From positions 69,814,001 to 69,878,000 of the forward strand of contig NC_045696.1 of assembly GCF_009834535.1 (NCBI RefSeq): DNA of 64,000 nt, in the 5' to 3' direction. This document shows, in pieces, positions 39,035 to 52,490 of the stretch. Origin of the DNA: Camelus ferus (taxonomy: Eukaryota). Within the stretch, counting starts at the first letter, position 1; each line of letters opens with the position of its first letter. The notes below the pieces were generated by a model that ran no database searches, was not told the DNA's origin, and worked only from the letters and a program-made list of their open reading frames with translations. The position numbers and the translations under genes are program-made.

Positions 39035-41440
39035 GTACTGTGACATTTGAAACCAAAGCTTTTATGTTACATGGTGACTATTTTGGTGTTCTTTTGTTGC
39101 ACTTCCATGAAAATTAACAAGTTAGAAGTACATTTGTCAGCGTTAAGTCAGTTTTATGTGTGGTTTTTTTGTTAGTTGAAGTGAAAATGTGAAGAAAACA
39201 GTTCATCCTCATTGCTTGCTTACTTAAAAAACCATTCCACAATTAGTGCTCATTTTCTTTATATTGTTCTGACTTCTTTCTGTTCTCAAGAATCAGTTTT
39301 AATATCTACATTCCAAATAGATTTTTTTAAGCTAATGGTACTTGGGAGGAGATGTTTTTATCTTAAGTTATGAAAATACTGGCATGCCATTTGCTTACCA
39401 ATTGGATCTTTTGTTAAATATCATTCTAGCATCATTTTATATGTGCTGTTATAGTAGACAGACCAGAAGTAGAAAACTTTTTTCTTTTGCCACATGTGCT
39501 TCATTCTTATTAAATGTAAATTATTGTAATGTAAACCATGTACAAACCATCTATTTTTTCTTACTTTCTAAGTTGGTTTCAGGCTCTGTTAAATAAAAAT
39601 CTTCAGATCTTTTTTCTCTATTCATATTTCTTGCTAGTATATATGAATCAAAGATTTCTTAAAGAAGAAAAAACTAAAAAGGGCTTTAAGAGTTGTGGAA
39701 ACTTCCTCGATCGAAATTCCATTTTTGATGTTGATGAGAGTTTGGTTAAAAAAAAATTATATATGTGTCTACACACATACACACACACATGCGTGTGCGC
39801 ACATACACATATTGTATAAATTGTTTTGAGTTGAGACATATACTAACCTGAATGTGCTTTTATAACCAAAGTTGAATGATTCTGTGAGAAACAAAACTTT
39901 GAAAAATGCAATTTCTGCCCACTTCTAGGAAGTAACTAAGTGGTGCTAGACATGCTTTCACTGAGATGGTGAGAATACTATGAGGTAGTGTAGGAAAAAG
40001 CTATGAATTTGTCTTTCATGAGTTAAAAATCAGTAATTGTCTTCTCTCCAATGCAAATGAATTTGGTCTCCTATAGGAATGTTAAAGAAAACAGTATCTC
40101 AATTGTATTTTGCTTGTATGTACTACATTGTGTATAGTTGAATTAAATACCAAAACAAAACAAAACAAAACAAAAACAAAAACCCAACAACCACCCAACC
40201 TCAAGTCCTCCCTGCAACAAAGACTTTTAGTGCATCAATTTTTAATTTTGTAGCAACAGAAAAGACTTTATTAGGTTAAAATCGTATGGTAGTCTCCTAT
40301 TTCAAGAATTTGTTGAATTAGAAATTAATGTCTGGATTTAATTAGATGGATTCCATGTGTGGATATAGTATGTATATTTATATATACATATCTCTCTCTC
40401 AAACTCTAAGGTTACTTTTCATTTGGCTTTTAGTTAGACATTTAGTTTCCCATTTTAAAAAAGGCTAATAGTTTTTTCATATGGTTCTAGGTAATGCCAT
40501 AGAAAATTACATGTTTTTGTGACCTTTAAGAGCTAAGTATTAAAATTAAAATAGAAGCAATAAAGAAAAAAATTACTTGATAATTCAGATTTAAATTCTA
40601 GTTTGCATTTTAAAAGGCAGATTATTTGATGCTTTTACATTATTTAGTTAAATTTTGAAAAACCATTGAAATCTATACAGCAAAATAGATATATACTGCT
40701 TGATTTTTTCCAATTTGCCAAATTCATATCAATTTTAAATTATAGTGATTTATAAAAGTATTAAATGGCTAAACATCTAAACATTAATTCTAAAAGGTGA
40801 TTTGGTGATATGTAATACATTTGCCGAATTGTGGTTTTTTTTTTTTTTTTTTTTAATTATGTTTCTTTGTTATTATGGCTGGGTATAAGATAACCAGTAA
40901 GAGATGGTCTCATAGTTTTGTTTTCTATTATGTTAACCTGAGACTATCATTCATATAGAGAAGATGAAAGAAGATTAGTAATATTTGTACAACACCTTTT
41001 ATATGTAATGATCTAAAGTGCAATATTTTCCTCAAGAAGAAAAAATTTTAAAGGACATTGGAAGATTTAGAACTAATTGCATATCAAAATCAACATTTCA
41101 CTATTATTTTGAGTAAATATTTTTATTTTATGGAGATTCCTCCAATTTTTCATTTGGGGGTATGTAAATGACATTGAAATGTACATAAAAGGATAGTAAT
41201 TTGGACAGATTTATTAAAAGTCAAGAAAGCTGTGACAATCATATTTCTATAAGAACTATTTATAAATATTTGATACTTTCAACTTTTAAAATATTTGCTC
41301 GCTACTGCTGAATCATTCTTCCAAGTCTGCTAATAAAATCCTCAAAAGTAGATGAGTGATTGGTCAGAATTGTTAGAGGACATTATCTGAGCTAAATGTA
41401 TCATCTCTGATTCAGTGGAGTGTGTACACATAGGGGAGGG

Positions 41441-41463
41441 GTGTGTGTGTGTGTGTGTGTGTC
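41441..41463 (+). repeat. (GT)n microsatellite
   Basis: Direct reading. Confidence 0.9.
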
Positions 41464-43269
41464 TATTTTGTGGGAGACAGTACTTTTAGACAGATGGTAT
41501 CAAGAGGGAAGAGGAGGAAATCTTTAACTGAGCAACAGTTGTTCTGGATTTCAGTCCTGACAGGGCAAATGAAAATCACTGGATGTTTGAACCTTAGAGT
41601 GAAGGGAATCGAGTGAAATGATACTTGCCTGAGTGATGCATAACTCTTGCAGGTGGTTAATCTTGTGGAAGCCAGGGCACAGGTACCTGTAGTCGCTTCT
41701 CCAGTGAGCATGCTGCTGGAAGGACCATCTAATGCAAAATTTACCCTCCTTCACTTCTGCTTGGATGTCCCCTCTCACTAATAAAGTTAGCAAGTGATTC
41801 TGTGAAGGCTTTGATTTTCTATAGAAAATTTAAGATTTGAATATGCATTTTCATTTAGAAATTCTATACTGTGGAAGGCAGTTATTATTTTGCATAACAG
41901 AAGTACTCAGAGAATCAGTTTCATTAGAAGCAGCATAGTATTGAACTGGTTTCTTTGGAGGCTGTTAAAAAAGTTGAATTATAAATTACAAAAATATATT
42001 TATAAAAACTCTTTTTAAATACCACCAAAATGTCTTCATTGTTCTTTTAGGTCTTAAAAAAGAGGTCTTAAAAAAGTGGGGCTTGTCTAAACCAGTTTTT
42101 TAAACCAGTTTTCTAAAACTTTTAGTCAAAAGCACACATTTCTCAAAAGTTATGATTAACTTCTTAATTTGAAGAATGGGACAGTTATGTTTAACAAAAC
42201 ATACTCAAATAACTTATTAGTCAAAGTTATTACTCCTTTTTACATACAAATTCAAGTTCAAATTAGTTGGATAGTCATTCAAAAGACTATCATTGAAGAA
42301 AATATAATAGCAAATAATCAACAAACACCTACCAGTAAAGATAACAGTCTTTCTTTTCATTTATCGTCATTAAAATATTTTAAAAAATCTTTTACTTTAT
42401 AATTTGACTTCATGCTTACAAACTTGTAATTTTCATTTGGTGGCATGGACGGTATGGGTTCTATTTTGGGCTGCAAAATTGCAGAGTGCTCAGAGCATTA
42501 TTTTTAAGGTTTTTCTTTTCCTGTTTTGATCATGTACTTTAGCCTTTCCATAAAATAGTGAAGAAAAATTATTTTCTTTTACAGAAAAATTCAGATTTTG
42601 TTACTTTGCCTTCCAAAAAGGAGGAGGAATATAATTACTGTTTCTTTAATTTGGTTTAGAGTTTGGTGACATATTGAGGTGTAGAATAAGTGGACCAGAG
42701 AAAATGGATACTTTTGCATTAATAGCAGGCAGTCAAGTCCAGAAGGCAACTTGATGTCCATCATTTAATAGACGTATGTTTCCTCCCCAAGCCTCTAGTT
42801 CTCACTAAATAATTACCTTACATTTTAGAGATACTTTTTGTTTTGTTTATTTTTAGATTTCCTGATTATTTATCTGTTCTACATTTTATTTCTTAAAATG
42901 TGACCCTTTAGTTAGAATTCTCCCATTCTGTTTATTATCAAGAATATTTCATAAAATAGATACTTTAGTAAGCTCAGTCAATGAAAATTAAGAGTTCTGA
43001 TGCATGTTTTAGACTTTCTTATTTTTATCTGTATCATAGGAAAATGTTGTACCTAATGACCAGGAAAATTTGTGTGGGACCGTTACAATGAGAATGATAT
43101 TTTCAGTTTTTCTAATTACCGTAAAATTAATGTGCACCAACATGTGAGAATTTGCCATGGGGGAAGCTTGGATTTTTAATTTTTGTTTTAAATGTGATCA
43201 GAAAGGTAGTTTCATGATTTCATGTGTTGATATGTAAATAATACTACATATGTGTATTTTTAAGTGCCT

Positions 43270-43495
43270 GAATCTTATGTTCGTATTGTACTGATGATGT
43301 CCCAACCTCCTGGACACATTATTTCATTTATTCTAAATAATAATTATGTGCAGAAGATGGGACAATTAATATTATTCCTTTTTTTAAGATCAGAAAACTC
43401 AGTCTCAAAGAAATTTAATAGTTTGCCTAAGTTCAGTGGCTATTAAATTGTAAAGCTGGAGTTAGAACCCAGGTCTTCTGATTCTCAGTCCAACA
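43270..43495 (-). mobile_element. MIR SINE
   Basis: cagaaaactcagtctcaaagaaatttaatagtttgcctaag...gctggagttagaacccaggtcttctgattc. Confidence 0.65.
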
Positions 43496-44303
43496 TGAGT
43501 GTGCTTCACCTGCATTTACTTTGTTTAGTTAAAGAAGTCAACTGAAATTGTTATAAGGATCAAAAGTTGCCATTCAGGAGTGGTGGAAAGCTGTAGAAGT
43601 ATATTTGTTTGTGAATGATCCTTTGCAACCATCTTATTCTTACACCAATCCAAATGATCTATACTTTGTTACCATTTTTAGGAAGATTAAAAACAGGTCA
43701 TTTAAAAATCACCAGCAGCATCACCTTCTCCCATCACCATGCTTGCCCACAGACAGAAGTAGGGTCACGCCTAACTAAGCAGGTTGGAGTTGTTGTTGTT
43801 GTTACATTGCTTTTTTCAATGGTTGCATTCCTTGTGCTATAAAATAGAACACTACCAAAAAAGATGTTTCAACAGCTGAGCCACACAGATTTCACAGGTA
43901 GCCCTGATCAGGACTGTGGGCCTTGTGGTAAATGAAAGTTGAGCTCAAGGAATCACTTGGGTGGGTTTTTCCCAGATCTCAGCCAACCCATTGCTGCAGG
44001 GCAGGACTGTGTTTTGGTTTAAGTGTTTTCCTGGTAGCTGCCAAGTCTTTCCCCAGATTTGGTGTCTCTCTTCCCTTCACTTTCTGTACAGAATGTGACC
44101 TTTGGCCTCTCCTGTGGGGTAAAATAAGCATTAATAGGATAGCATCCATAAAGTTCTCAGAGTTCTTCGTTAAAGATATAGTCACTGAAAAGCATATACT
44201 AAATAACTAAGTGTGTGAAGAACAGTCCGTTTCCCCTTACTTGTAAACTTTTCCTGCATTTATCCTCTTGTTTCCTTTAACTTTTGTGTACTCTCATATT
44301 TAT

Positions 44304-44326
44304 GGTGGTGGTGGTGGTGGTGGTGG
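44304..44326 (+). repeat. (GGT)n microsatellite
   Basis: tggtggtggtggtggtggtggtgg. Confidence 0.9.
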
Positions 44327-47300
44327 GAGGGAGGAAAGAATTATCAAGAAAAAAATAGGTGAAAGAAGATTATTTCCAACTCTCCAGGCATTTCATTTCT
44401 TTAACTTAGTATAAGAGTCTGTAGTGGGGTTTTGCATGTTCCGCAGAATTCTGACTCAGAAGGTGGGGAAAAGGAAGAAAGGTAGCTGATGCCTACTAAG
44501 TAGTTGATGTGTTGGGCACTGGACTAGGCCTTCTCTGTATCTTCTTGTATCCTCACGACAGCCAGGAGAGTTCTGACTTTCATCCCTTTTACAGATAGGG
44601 CTGTAAAGCTTGGTTCAGGCTCCAAAGCAACTCCTCCTTCCACCTGACCAAACCTGCTTCAAAGAAGCAGTAGCCTTCTTACGCTTGCTGTCTATCTAAT
44701 TTGAATATAGCAATAAAGTAGGAAGTTGTGATAACGTGTACATGGGTTACAGAGTAACTTTGTATTTTTCCTAACTCAGAATTACAGATAAAATTTACAG
44801 ATATGCTAAGGCAGATAAAGGACTAAAGTTTAATAAATTTTTAGGTTAGTATAATTGAAAAACAACTAAAAGTGTTATTCATAATTTGAAGAAACTTTCT
44901 TGAAGTAATCTTATAGTAGAGGCATTATTGATTATATAAAGATAAAAAGATTTTTAAAAAATCATTGTAGTTGGAAGTTAAGTGTAAAAACGTATACATA
45001 TGCAATGTGGATGCAAGGGAAGCGGTTGTCTGTATTCATGACTTTGGTGCAGGTATTTTTTTTAAATCATGAAAAAAATCCCTCACGCTTTTTTGTTTAT
45101 AACCTAGAATGTTGCACAAAGTATGGCATACTTTCATTTTTATCATATATAAAAAAAAAGTGTCTATGGTTTGGAGAAGGAAAACAGGGGATTCTTGAAA
45201 ATTCCCTTCCATAAAGTGGTTCATCTTCCTAACTTTAGAAAATTTTAAGCCCTTTGACACATGAAAAAGTCAGTGAAAAAACAGGGAGTAGAAAGATTTG
45301 TATGTTCTTTTAATATATTACTTAAGCATATTATGCATTCATGAGTTTTTTTTGTTTTTTTTTTAGTAAATAGGACTTTAAGGTACAATTATACTAACAA
45401 TGCAATGAGATATACAAGAGTTTTGCTTCTTAGATATAGAGGGGTACTTTTTTGATAAGAACATAGTTTTATGAAAAAACCTTATTATGACATGGAAAAA
45501 TAATTTCTTTTCTCAGTCAAGAATATTATCAGAGAAAATTTTTATTATGTTTTTTTTTTCACTCTTTGTGTTCAAAAAATAAAGCAAAAAATATTTAATT
45601 GAATGCTGGGTCTCTGGACAAGTTAACCTCAAACCAGATCATGAAATAGAGGATATTTTGAAAAAGCTCATGTGAGCACAGGCTCTATAGTTTTTTTTTA
45701 TGTGGAGACCTTTTACTTTTGTCCCTCCTGGTCTTTGTGATTTTAGCAATACGTATTTGAAAAATGGATGTTTTTCTTAGTCATTGTGTGGATAAGGTTT
45801 TAGAGTAAAAGTGTTTGTGCATCTTTATTTGGGAGAGTTGGAGGTAGTTGATGAAATAGTTTAACACTGGAAAAATAGAGTTTAACCTCATCAATTATTA
45901 AGAAAGAAAGAAAGCAGGGGAGAAAGGAAGGATGGAGGAAGGCGGGAGGTAAGGAAGCGGGAAAGGATGCAGGCAGGCATAGAAGCATAGGTGACTGACT
46001 GAACTTTGTCATGCTGCTGGTACATTCTCTCTGTAATTCCAGAGCATGTGAGAAAGACTGGTACTCACTGATAGTGGGTAGGAGACAGTAAGTGATTCCC
46101 TTGGTGACAGCAGGACTGGGAGTCTCACATAAGCTGTTCTTTTCTTCGAAGTTTAAAAACTCCAGGAGTATGTGGTTGGCCTGCCCCACAAGAGGTCTTA
46201 CATTTCTTTGTACAAGGCCCTGCACTGGCCACTTCCTTCCTCTCGCATTCTCCTTCCCCTTTGCATTTCCGGGGGGATGGCCAGGCAGGGCTGGAAGGTG
46301 CCTGGTGTGCAGGCCTGCTGCTCCTTCGCTGGCCGTGTCCGGGGGAGCTGGGAAGCGTGTGTGCGCTTGCTCAGTGTGCTGGAATGTATGGGATCTGTGG
46401 TGTACATACACTTACTCAGAGCGTGCTGCAGACACGCTCCTCCATGGTCTCAGTGGCTGTGGGGGTCAACCCTGGAGGCTTTTGTGAGTGGCTGAAAATC
46501 TGGGAAGGAATTTTCCCATGCTGAAAGTTCAGGTTACCTTTTTTTCCTTGCTGAAGTGCAATTGCATTTATTCTTTGTAAAAGAAAAAAAAATCTATTTA
46601 AAAAAAATTGAAGAACATAAAAAAATTTGTGGATGCATAAATAATCTGGGCCTTCTGCTGGATCCAGCTGTACTCTTTTTCCCTTTCTCTTCAAACTGAT
46701 AGTGATGTCTTCAGATCATGGACACTGAATTTTTAAACTAAGCTCTTTAAAACTCCTTGGGTTGTATCACCGCTAAAGATGATGAAACCAAGAATCTTTA
46801 GAAACTAAATTTTAAGTTCAGATTTTTTTTAAATGTAGGATTTAATCTCCTTTTTTAAGGAATAAAGAACAAGCTACTAGTTGATAAATAGTCTTTAAAT
46901 TCTTTAGTTGCTTAATATTTTTTAAAATTTAGATTTTATTATTTTTTTCTTTATAAAAGATTTGAGATGACAATGGTGCTGGTGGCTCAATTATTTGAAA
47001 TAAAGACAGGGATTTAGGTTAATGCAGTAGATAAGTTAAAAAGGAGTTATAAAAGACTGGGAACAGGTGGCTGGTTCTAATGTAATTCTTCATACACTTT
47101 AAGAGGTTTGCCAGGGGAGAGTTAGCACTTTGGTTCATTGATTTCTGTATTAATGGTTTGCTGTATGTGTCTATTTCAATAGTGATTTCAAAATAATGAT
47201 TTTGATACTGAAAATGATTTGTGGCTTTAGTTCATGTATAATGATCATGGTCAAGGTGTTAATAATACCTGCCTTAAAAATTTCCAGGCCAAAGTCACAT

Positions 47301-48373
47301 CTTTTATTCCTCACAGCAGTGCTTTTAACAGTATGTTTCTGAGAGCCTTAGGGTTCTGAGGAGATGCCAAATTTATGAGGAGAGGAAGTGGACATATGTA
47401 CCTGGGGGATCCTGGCTTCTTACCCACCTTTCAATTGGAAGACAGCTGCAGTTGTTGTTTTATATATTAGAGTTCCGTCTGGAATTTACTTTAGAAAAGG
47501 GATTTGCTACTTTAAAAAACAGTTCGGAAATATCAGTCCTATAGTATATAATTCTGGGCCTTGAGTGCATTCCTTCCTTGATCAGGTATTCTAGCAGACC
47601 CAAAGCTTTTTCTGGGGGGGGAAGTTTAGATGTTAATCTCTGCTACTTCTGAATCCTGTGAAATGGCCTTCCATCTCCTGTCACATTTGCTTTAGTAGCA
47701 AATGTTTGCTTTGCTAACTGTATGCCAGACTACTAAATCTATGGATTTTTCTATAATCATCAACAGCACAGATTGTTTGTCCTTCAGGAACTTTCCAGGG
47801 TGCTCCTTAGGCAATGATTGTACTCTAGCTCTTGGCAGAGACATGAGAGTCGATTGACTTTGAAGAGTGATAAATCTTGTGCCATGGGACCCACTCATTC
47901 ATCAAGAACAAGTTTTTGCTTTAGGAGGTCCAAGCAGGATGGCCTTCCTGCCCCTTCTTCAAGCAGAACAGCCCTACTTTTATCTGTTGTACATTTTGGG
48001 GTTCCATGAACACAAGGGCGATCTTCAAAATATTTTCAGCTGGTTAGAATGGAGGCCTAATGAATCAAAAGGGACTTGAGCCATTCTGTTTTAACACACA
48101 CTTCTTTAGTGTTCATTCTGTCTGATTCTTGTTCAAAAACAGGATATTACTTCAAAAACTATATGTTATTTTTTTGGGTGATTTTTTAACTTATGGCCAG
48201 GGACTCTGTGGGGAGTCCTGATAGTCCTGAGAGAGAGAGACTGGGACACTATGAGCTCTGTTCTATGCCCTGTGCTTCTAACTTCCGGTAGACTGGTCTT
48301 CAAAGATTGATGAGTTCATATTATACACCCAAGTTTTGTAGTAAAACTATTCTAAGAGACCACCGTATATTTA

Positions 48374-48587
48374 CAGGGGTCCACCCTCAGATGCCTGCAG
48401 ATGATGTAAGTGGTGGAAAGGGGAGTTCTGTGAAGTATAGGAGGGGTAGCTATTAGTCAACTCCAGCCAGAAGTGAGAGTTCTTACGTTAAATATTGGCA
48501 ACCACTGAAAAAATTTTGGAGACACTGCGAGGGTCAAAGAAGAGAGCAGGTTAAACTGGCCTATGGGTTGCCAGTTTGCAGTCTCTG
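48374..48587. mobile_element. hAT-Charlie MITE (MER58/MER3-like), degraded
   Basis: Begins caggggtcc and ends ggcctatgggttgccagtttgcagtctctg, which look like degenerate TIRs. Confidence 0.45.
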
Positions 48588-50543
48588 CCACATGAAAACC
48601 TGCATCTTCTGCAAAATATTGTTGAAGACCCTCTCGATTATATTTAGTATCATTTACCCTTCAGGCTTTCTGTGAGTGAGAGGGAAAAAATCCTTCTCTT
48701 GATAAACTGGGTAAACTAATAGGTCTCTTATCTAATGATGATAGCTGTTTGGAAGCTCAAAACTAAAATTAGGTCTCAGTTGGAGCAACCATCCTTAGTC
48801 TAGTTTTCTGGAGTAATTATTTTCTCCATTATAGAGTACCCTATAGTTTTATGTTTATGTAGTGATCTTGTTTTGTTTCTGTTATATTTAGCCATCTAAA
48901 ATTCTTTGGTAATGTTGACTATACATATGCTGAATACATGACACTCATAAGTTTATATACTACTTCTTAATACATGTTCATGAGAAAAAAAAGGCCTCTA
49001 TTTTTATATAGTTGGAGGAACTTGTTTCCACATCAATCTAAATTATCCCTACTCCAGTTAAACATTAGGCCAACTATAGATAGTGATTTAAATCATTTCC
49101 TAAGAAAGTATGGTTTTCATATGTCTAGCAAACATTTTAAAAAATAAGAACTTGAGTTCCACCTATAAATGAACATCTGACATGAGGCAAGTAGTCTTAA
49201 AAGCATAGAGTACTTAGTAGGAAAATTCAGTGGTGAAAAGTTAGACTTTTGAATATGTTTGAAAAATGTTTTCATAACCGTTGTACTTTCTTGTATTTAA
49301 GTTGAGGAAATTGAAGGCCATATGGATTCTGCGTCTGGGCCCTGGGGGCAGTAAATACTCATTAAGATCAAACTAATTGAAAACTACCAATTGCCTAAAG
49401 GGACCTTTTTTTTTTTGAAAATGAAAAACAAAAAACTACTCTGACAGTTGGAATTAACATTTTTTAAATGTATCTTTTTGTTCTATAATTTACATGCGTA
49501 ATGGAATAGCTCATTAGTGATCCACCGGAATGGTGAGGTAAAGCACTTGTCTTGGAGAACGTAAGTTAACAAGTTATCTGTGCTGAGGCATAATAGAGTG
49601 GCACACAGGATCTGGAAATTAAGGGTTTTATGTGGCTTCCCTCGTTGGTGATGGATCTAAATGGCCATCAATTTCATAAAAATAGCCAACACTATTTTTT
49701 GGGCTGGTCTTTTGAATTTTAAAAATTTGAAGTTCCATGAGATCTGGGTCTTATTTCTTATTTCCACTGTTGTTGCATCTTGAATGCCTTGAATGGTGGA
49801 CATAGCTGCTTATTAAATATTTTTGAATGAATTAATTAAAATTAAAGCCATAATAAAATATCATTAATAATTTATTTTTATTTCATTCTCCCTTTCTCTT
49901 TTGTTCTTCATTTTCAAACAGGGCAGGGGGAAATAGCAGTTCAAAGATTTTGCTTTTTTTGAATGAGTTTTTCAAACTTTTCACTTAATCTTTGGCTTGA
50001 GTCGAATGAAACCATGGGAATTTTAGGTAAGAAGTCTCTTTAAAACATGAGATGACCTGCAAAGAGCAGTTGCATAGGGCTGCAAAATGAGTATTGGAAA
50101 GCAAAGATTTAGATTTGGTGGAACCAGAGTAGGTTTTACAAATTAGTCTTTAAAAAAAAAAATAAAGATAGATTAATCTTAGTACTATTAGGTTCAGTAT
50201 GATTACATGAAAATCCAATTTCCCCTGTAGATATTTCTCTCTGTGTAACCCAAATTGTGTTAAAAATCTGCTGGTAATCACAGAAGAAAAACATGTTTGA
50301 AACAAACAAAAACAGCTATCCTTTTATTTTAAGACAGTAGGTGGATACAAGAATTAAACTTAAGGTGTGTTTTTATACAGTAAATCAAATAAGATCAATT
50401 TAAGTAGGTGGCCTTGAAAGTTATTGTGAGAAAAACAGACAAGTACAAAAATGACAGGATTTACCAATGGATAATTCATAACCAAAGGAATGACTGATCT
50501 TCAATTAAATGTTAATTGCGGAGCAGAATGCTGTCAAATGCTC

Positions 50544-51060
50544 TGTATTAGTAATCTATTGCTGCATACAAATTACCCCAAAACTTAGCAGTTTAAAACA
50601 ACCAACATTTATTATCTCACACGTTTTCTGAGGGTCAGGAATATGGCAGCAGTTTAGCTGGGTTATTTTGGCTCAGCATCTTTGATGAGATTGAAGCCAA
50701 GTTGCCACCCAGGGCAGCAGTCATCTGAAGACTCAGCTGGGCTGGGAGATCTGCTACCAGGCTCACTCATGGGCTTGTTGGCATGCCTCAGTCTTTCTCT
50801 GGCTGTTGGCCGAAGGTCTCAGTTCCTCGCAACATGGGCTTCTCTGTCTGTGTACAGCGTGACAGGAGCCCTCCCCGAGTGAGTAATCCAAGGAATAGTG
50901 ACACCACACAGCCTTTTACGGCCTGGTCCCTGAGCTGCACGTTGTCACTTCTGCCTTATTTTGTTTGTTAGATACCAGACTCTAGTCCAGCCCACACTCG
51001 AAGGGAAGGAATTACTCAAAAACTAAATACCAGGAGGTGGGGATCATTGGCGACCATCTA
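50544..51060 (-). mobile_element. MaLR MLT1 (MLT1F/E-like) LTR
   Basis: tgtattagtaatctattgctgcatacaaattaccccaaaacttagcagtttaaaacaaccaacatttattatctcac... Confidence 0.85.
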
Positions 51061-52178
51061 GGGTTGAATTAAATCAACCAGGAAAAGTCAGCAAATCGAA
51101 GGGAGACTTGGTTGATGTGGGGCTTATATGGAAGAGAATAATCCCCTTATAATAATACTTATAATTAGCCCTTTTGGAGTTAAACTAGAATTCTTTTTAA
51201 AACAACAGTAATAACAGTTATAGTTTGCTGAATCCTTTTACAATCCTTATTTAATTTTTAACAGTACCTTGTAGGTGAAGAAGGCAGATACTACTATCCT
51301 TATTTCATAGATTAGAGAACTGAGGCCCAGATTGTTCAAAGTACTGAGTGAGACAGGGTTACATAGTTAGTATGTAACCTGAGTTAATTTTTTGTTTTGT
51401 TTTGTTTTGTTTTTTCTTTTTCTTTTTTGCCACTTTCTTTTCTTTCCTCTGAAGAATGGTTTCAGTTACTTCCCTTTTATAAAACACAACTTAATTTTTC
51501 CCTTTCAACCTTATCTAAAAGAGCTGATTTTTTAATGACTAATTGAAAAGTTTAAAACACTGTTTCTGTAGTATCAATAAAGATGTCACTTTCCTGCCAG
51601 CAGCAAGAGTCCTTTTTGCTATTTTTGTAACTGGGTGAGGTCTGATTTCTCCAAAATTGTGCCATACTGCGGTTAGCCATGGTCTACAAGAGGAAAATAT
51701 ATTTACCCTTCTTTAAAATCACTGGTTTTCTAAGAAATATGCTATTTTCTATACCAAATCGGAGTAAATCTCGGGCCAAATGCAGTGGTCACTTTGATAT
51801 CAGACAAGCCAGTTCTCTTCTCCACTAAAAATACAAAACATCAGGCCCTCAGATCTTTGGTACCTACCTTTATTGTACATTTATGTCTTGAAGAAATTTT
51901 CTAGTTTTTTTGTATTGTTGTTAAAGCTAGATAAATCCATGTCAGTGTTGATGTGTGAACATTTCCCTAAACTCATGCAAACCTATCAACTTTGCCTATA
52001 GAGTGTCCTAAATTTCTTTGACTTAAGCCAGATATACTATTTTAATAGTCATGCCTTTAAATTTTTAGTGAATCTCAGTGCTTACTTTACTCGCATATAC
52101 TTCCAATAACACATTCAACCTTTTCCCTTAAAGGTCCAGATAATATGATAGTTAATATGAAGTGAAAAGTTACTTTGA

Positions 52179-52333
52179 GGATTTACTGTATAACATGGAG
52201 AACAATATTCAATATCTTGTAATGACCTATAATGGGAAATAATCTGAGAATAATATATATGTATAACTGAATCACTTTTCACATCTGAAACTAATACAAT
52301 ATTGTGAATCAACTATACTTCAATTAAAAATAA
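52179..52333 (+). mobile_element. 5'-truncated LINE-1 3'UTR (artiodactyl type)
   Basis: ggatttactgtataacatggagaacaatattcaatatcttgtaatgacctataatggg...aactaatacaatattgtgaatcaactatacttcaattaaaaa. Confidence 0.85.
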
Positions 52334-52337
52334 TCGA

Positions 52338-52490
52338 GGGGGGAGGGTATAGCTCAGTGATTGAATGCATGCTTAGCATGCATGAAGTCCTGGGTTCAGT
52401 CCCCAGTACCTCCTCTAAAAATAAACCTAATTATCTTGCCCGCAAAAAAAAAAAAAAAGAAAGAAAAAAGAAATAATAAATAAATGAAAT
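52338..52490 (+). mobile_element. tRNA-derived SINE (Vic-1-like) in an L1 tail
   Basis: ggggggagggtatagctcagtgattgaatgcatgcttagcatgcatgaagtcctgggttcagtccccagtacctcc plus a long A tail. Confidence 0.9.

Noticed and set aside
42049..42123. Short tandem duplications (aggtcttaaaaaag x2; aaaccagtttt x2)
   Set aside because: Ordinary slippage-type micro-duplications.
45800..46411. 203-aa minus-strand ORF
   Set aside because: No recognisable domain, includes a low-complexity purine tract, and lies antisense in an intron.
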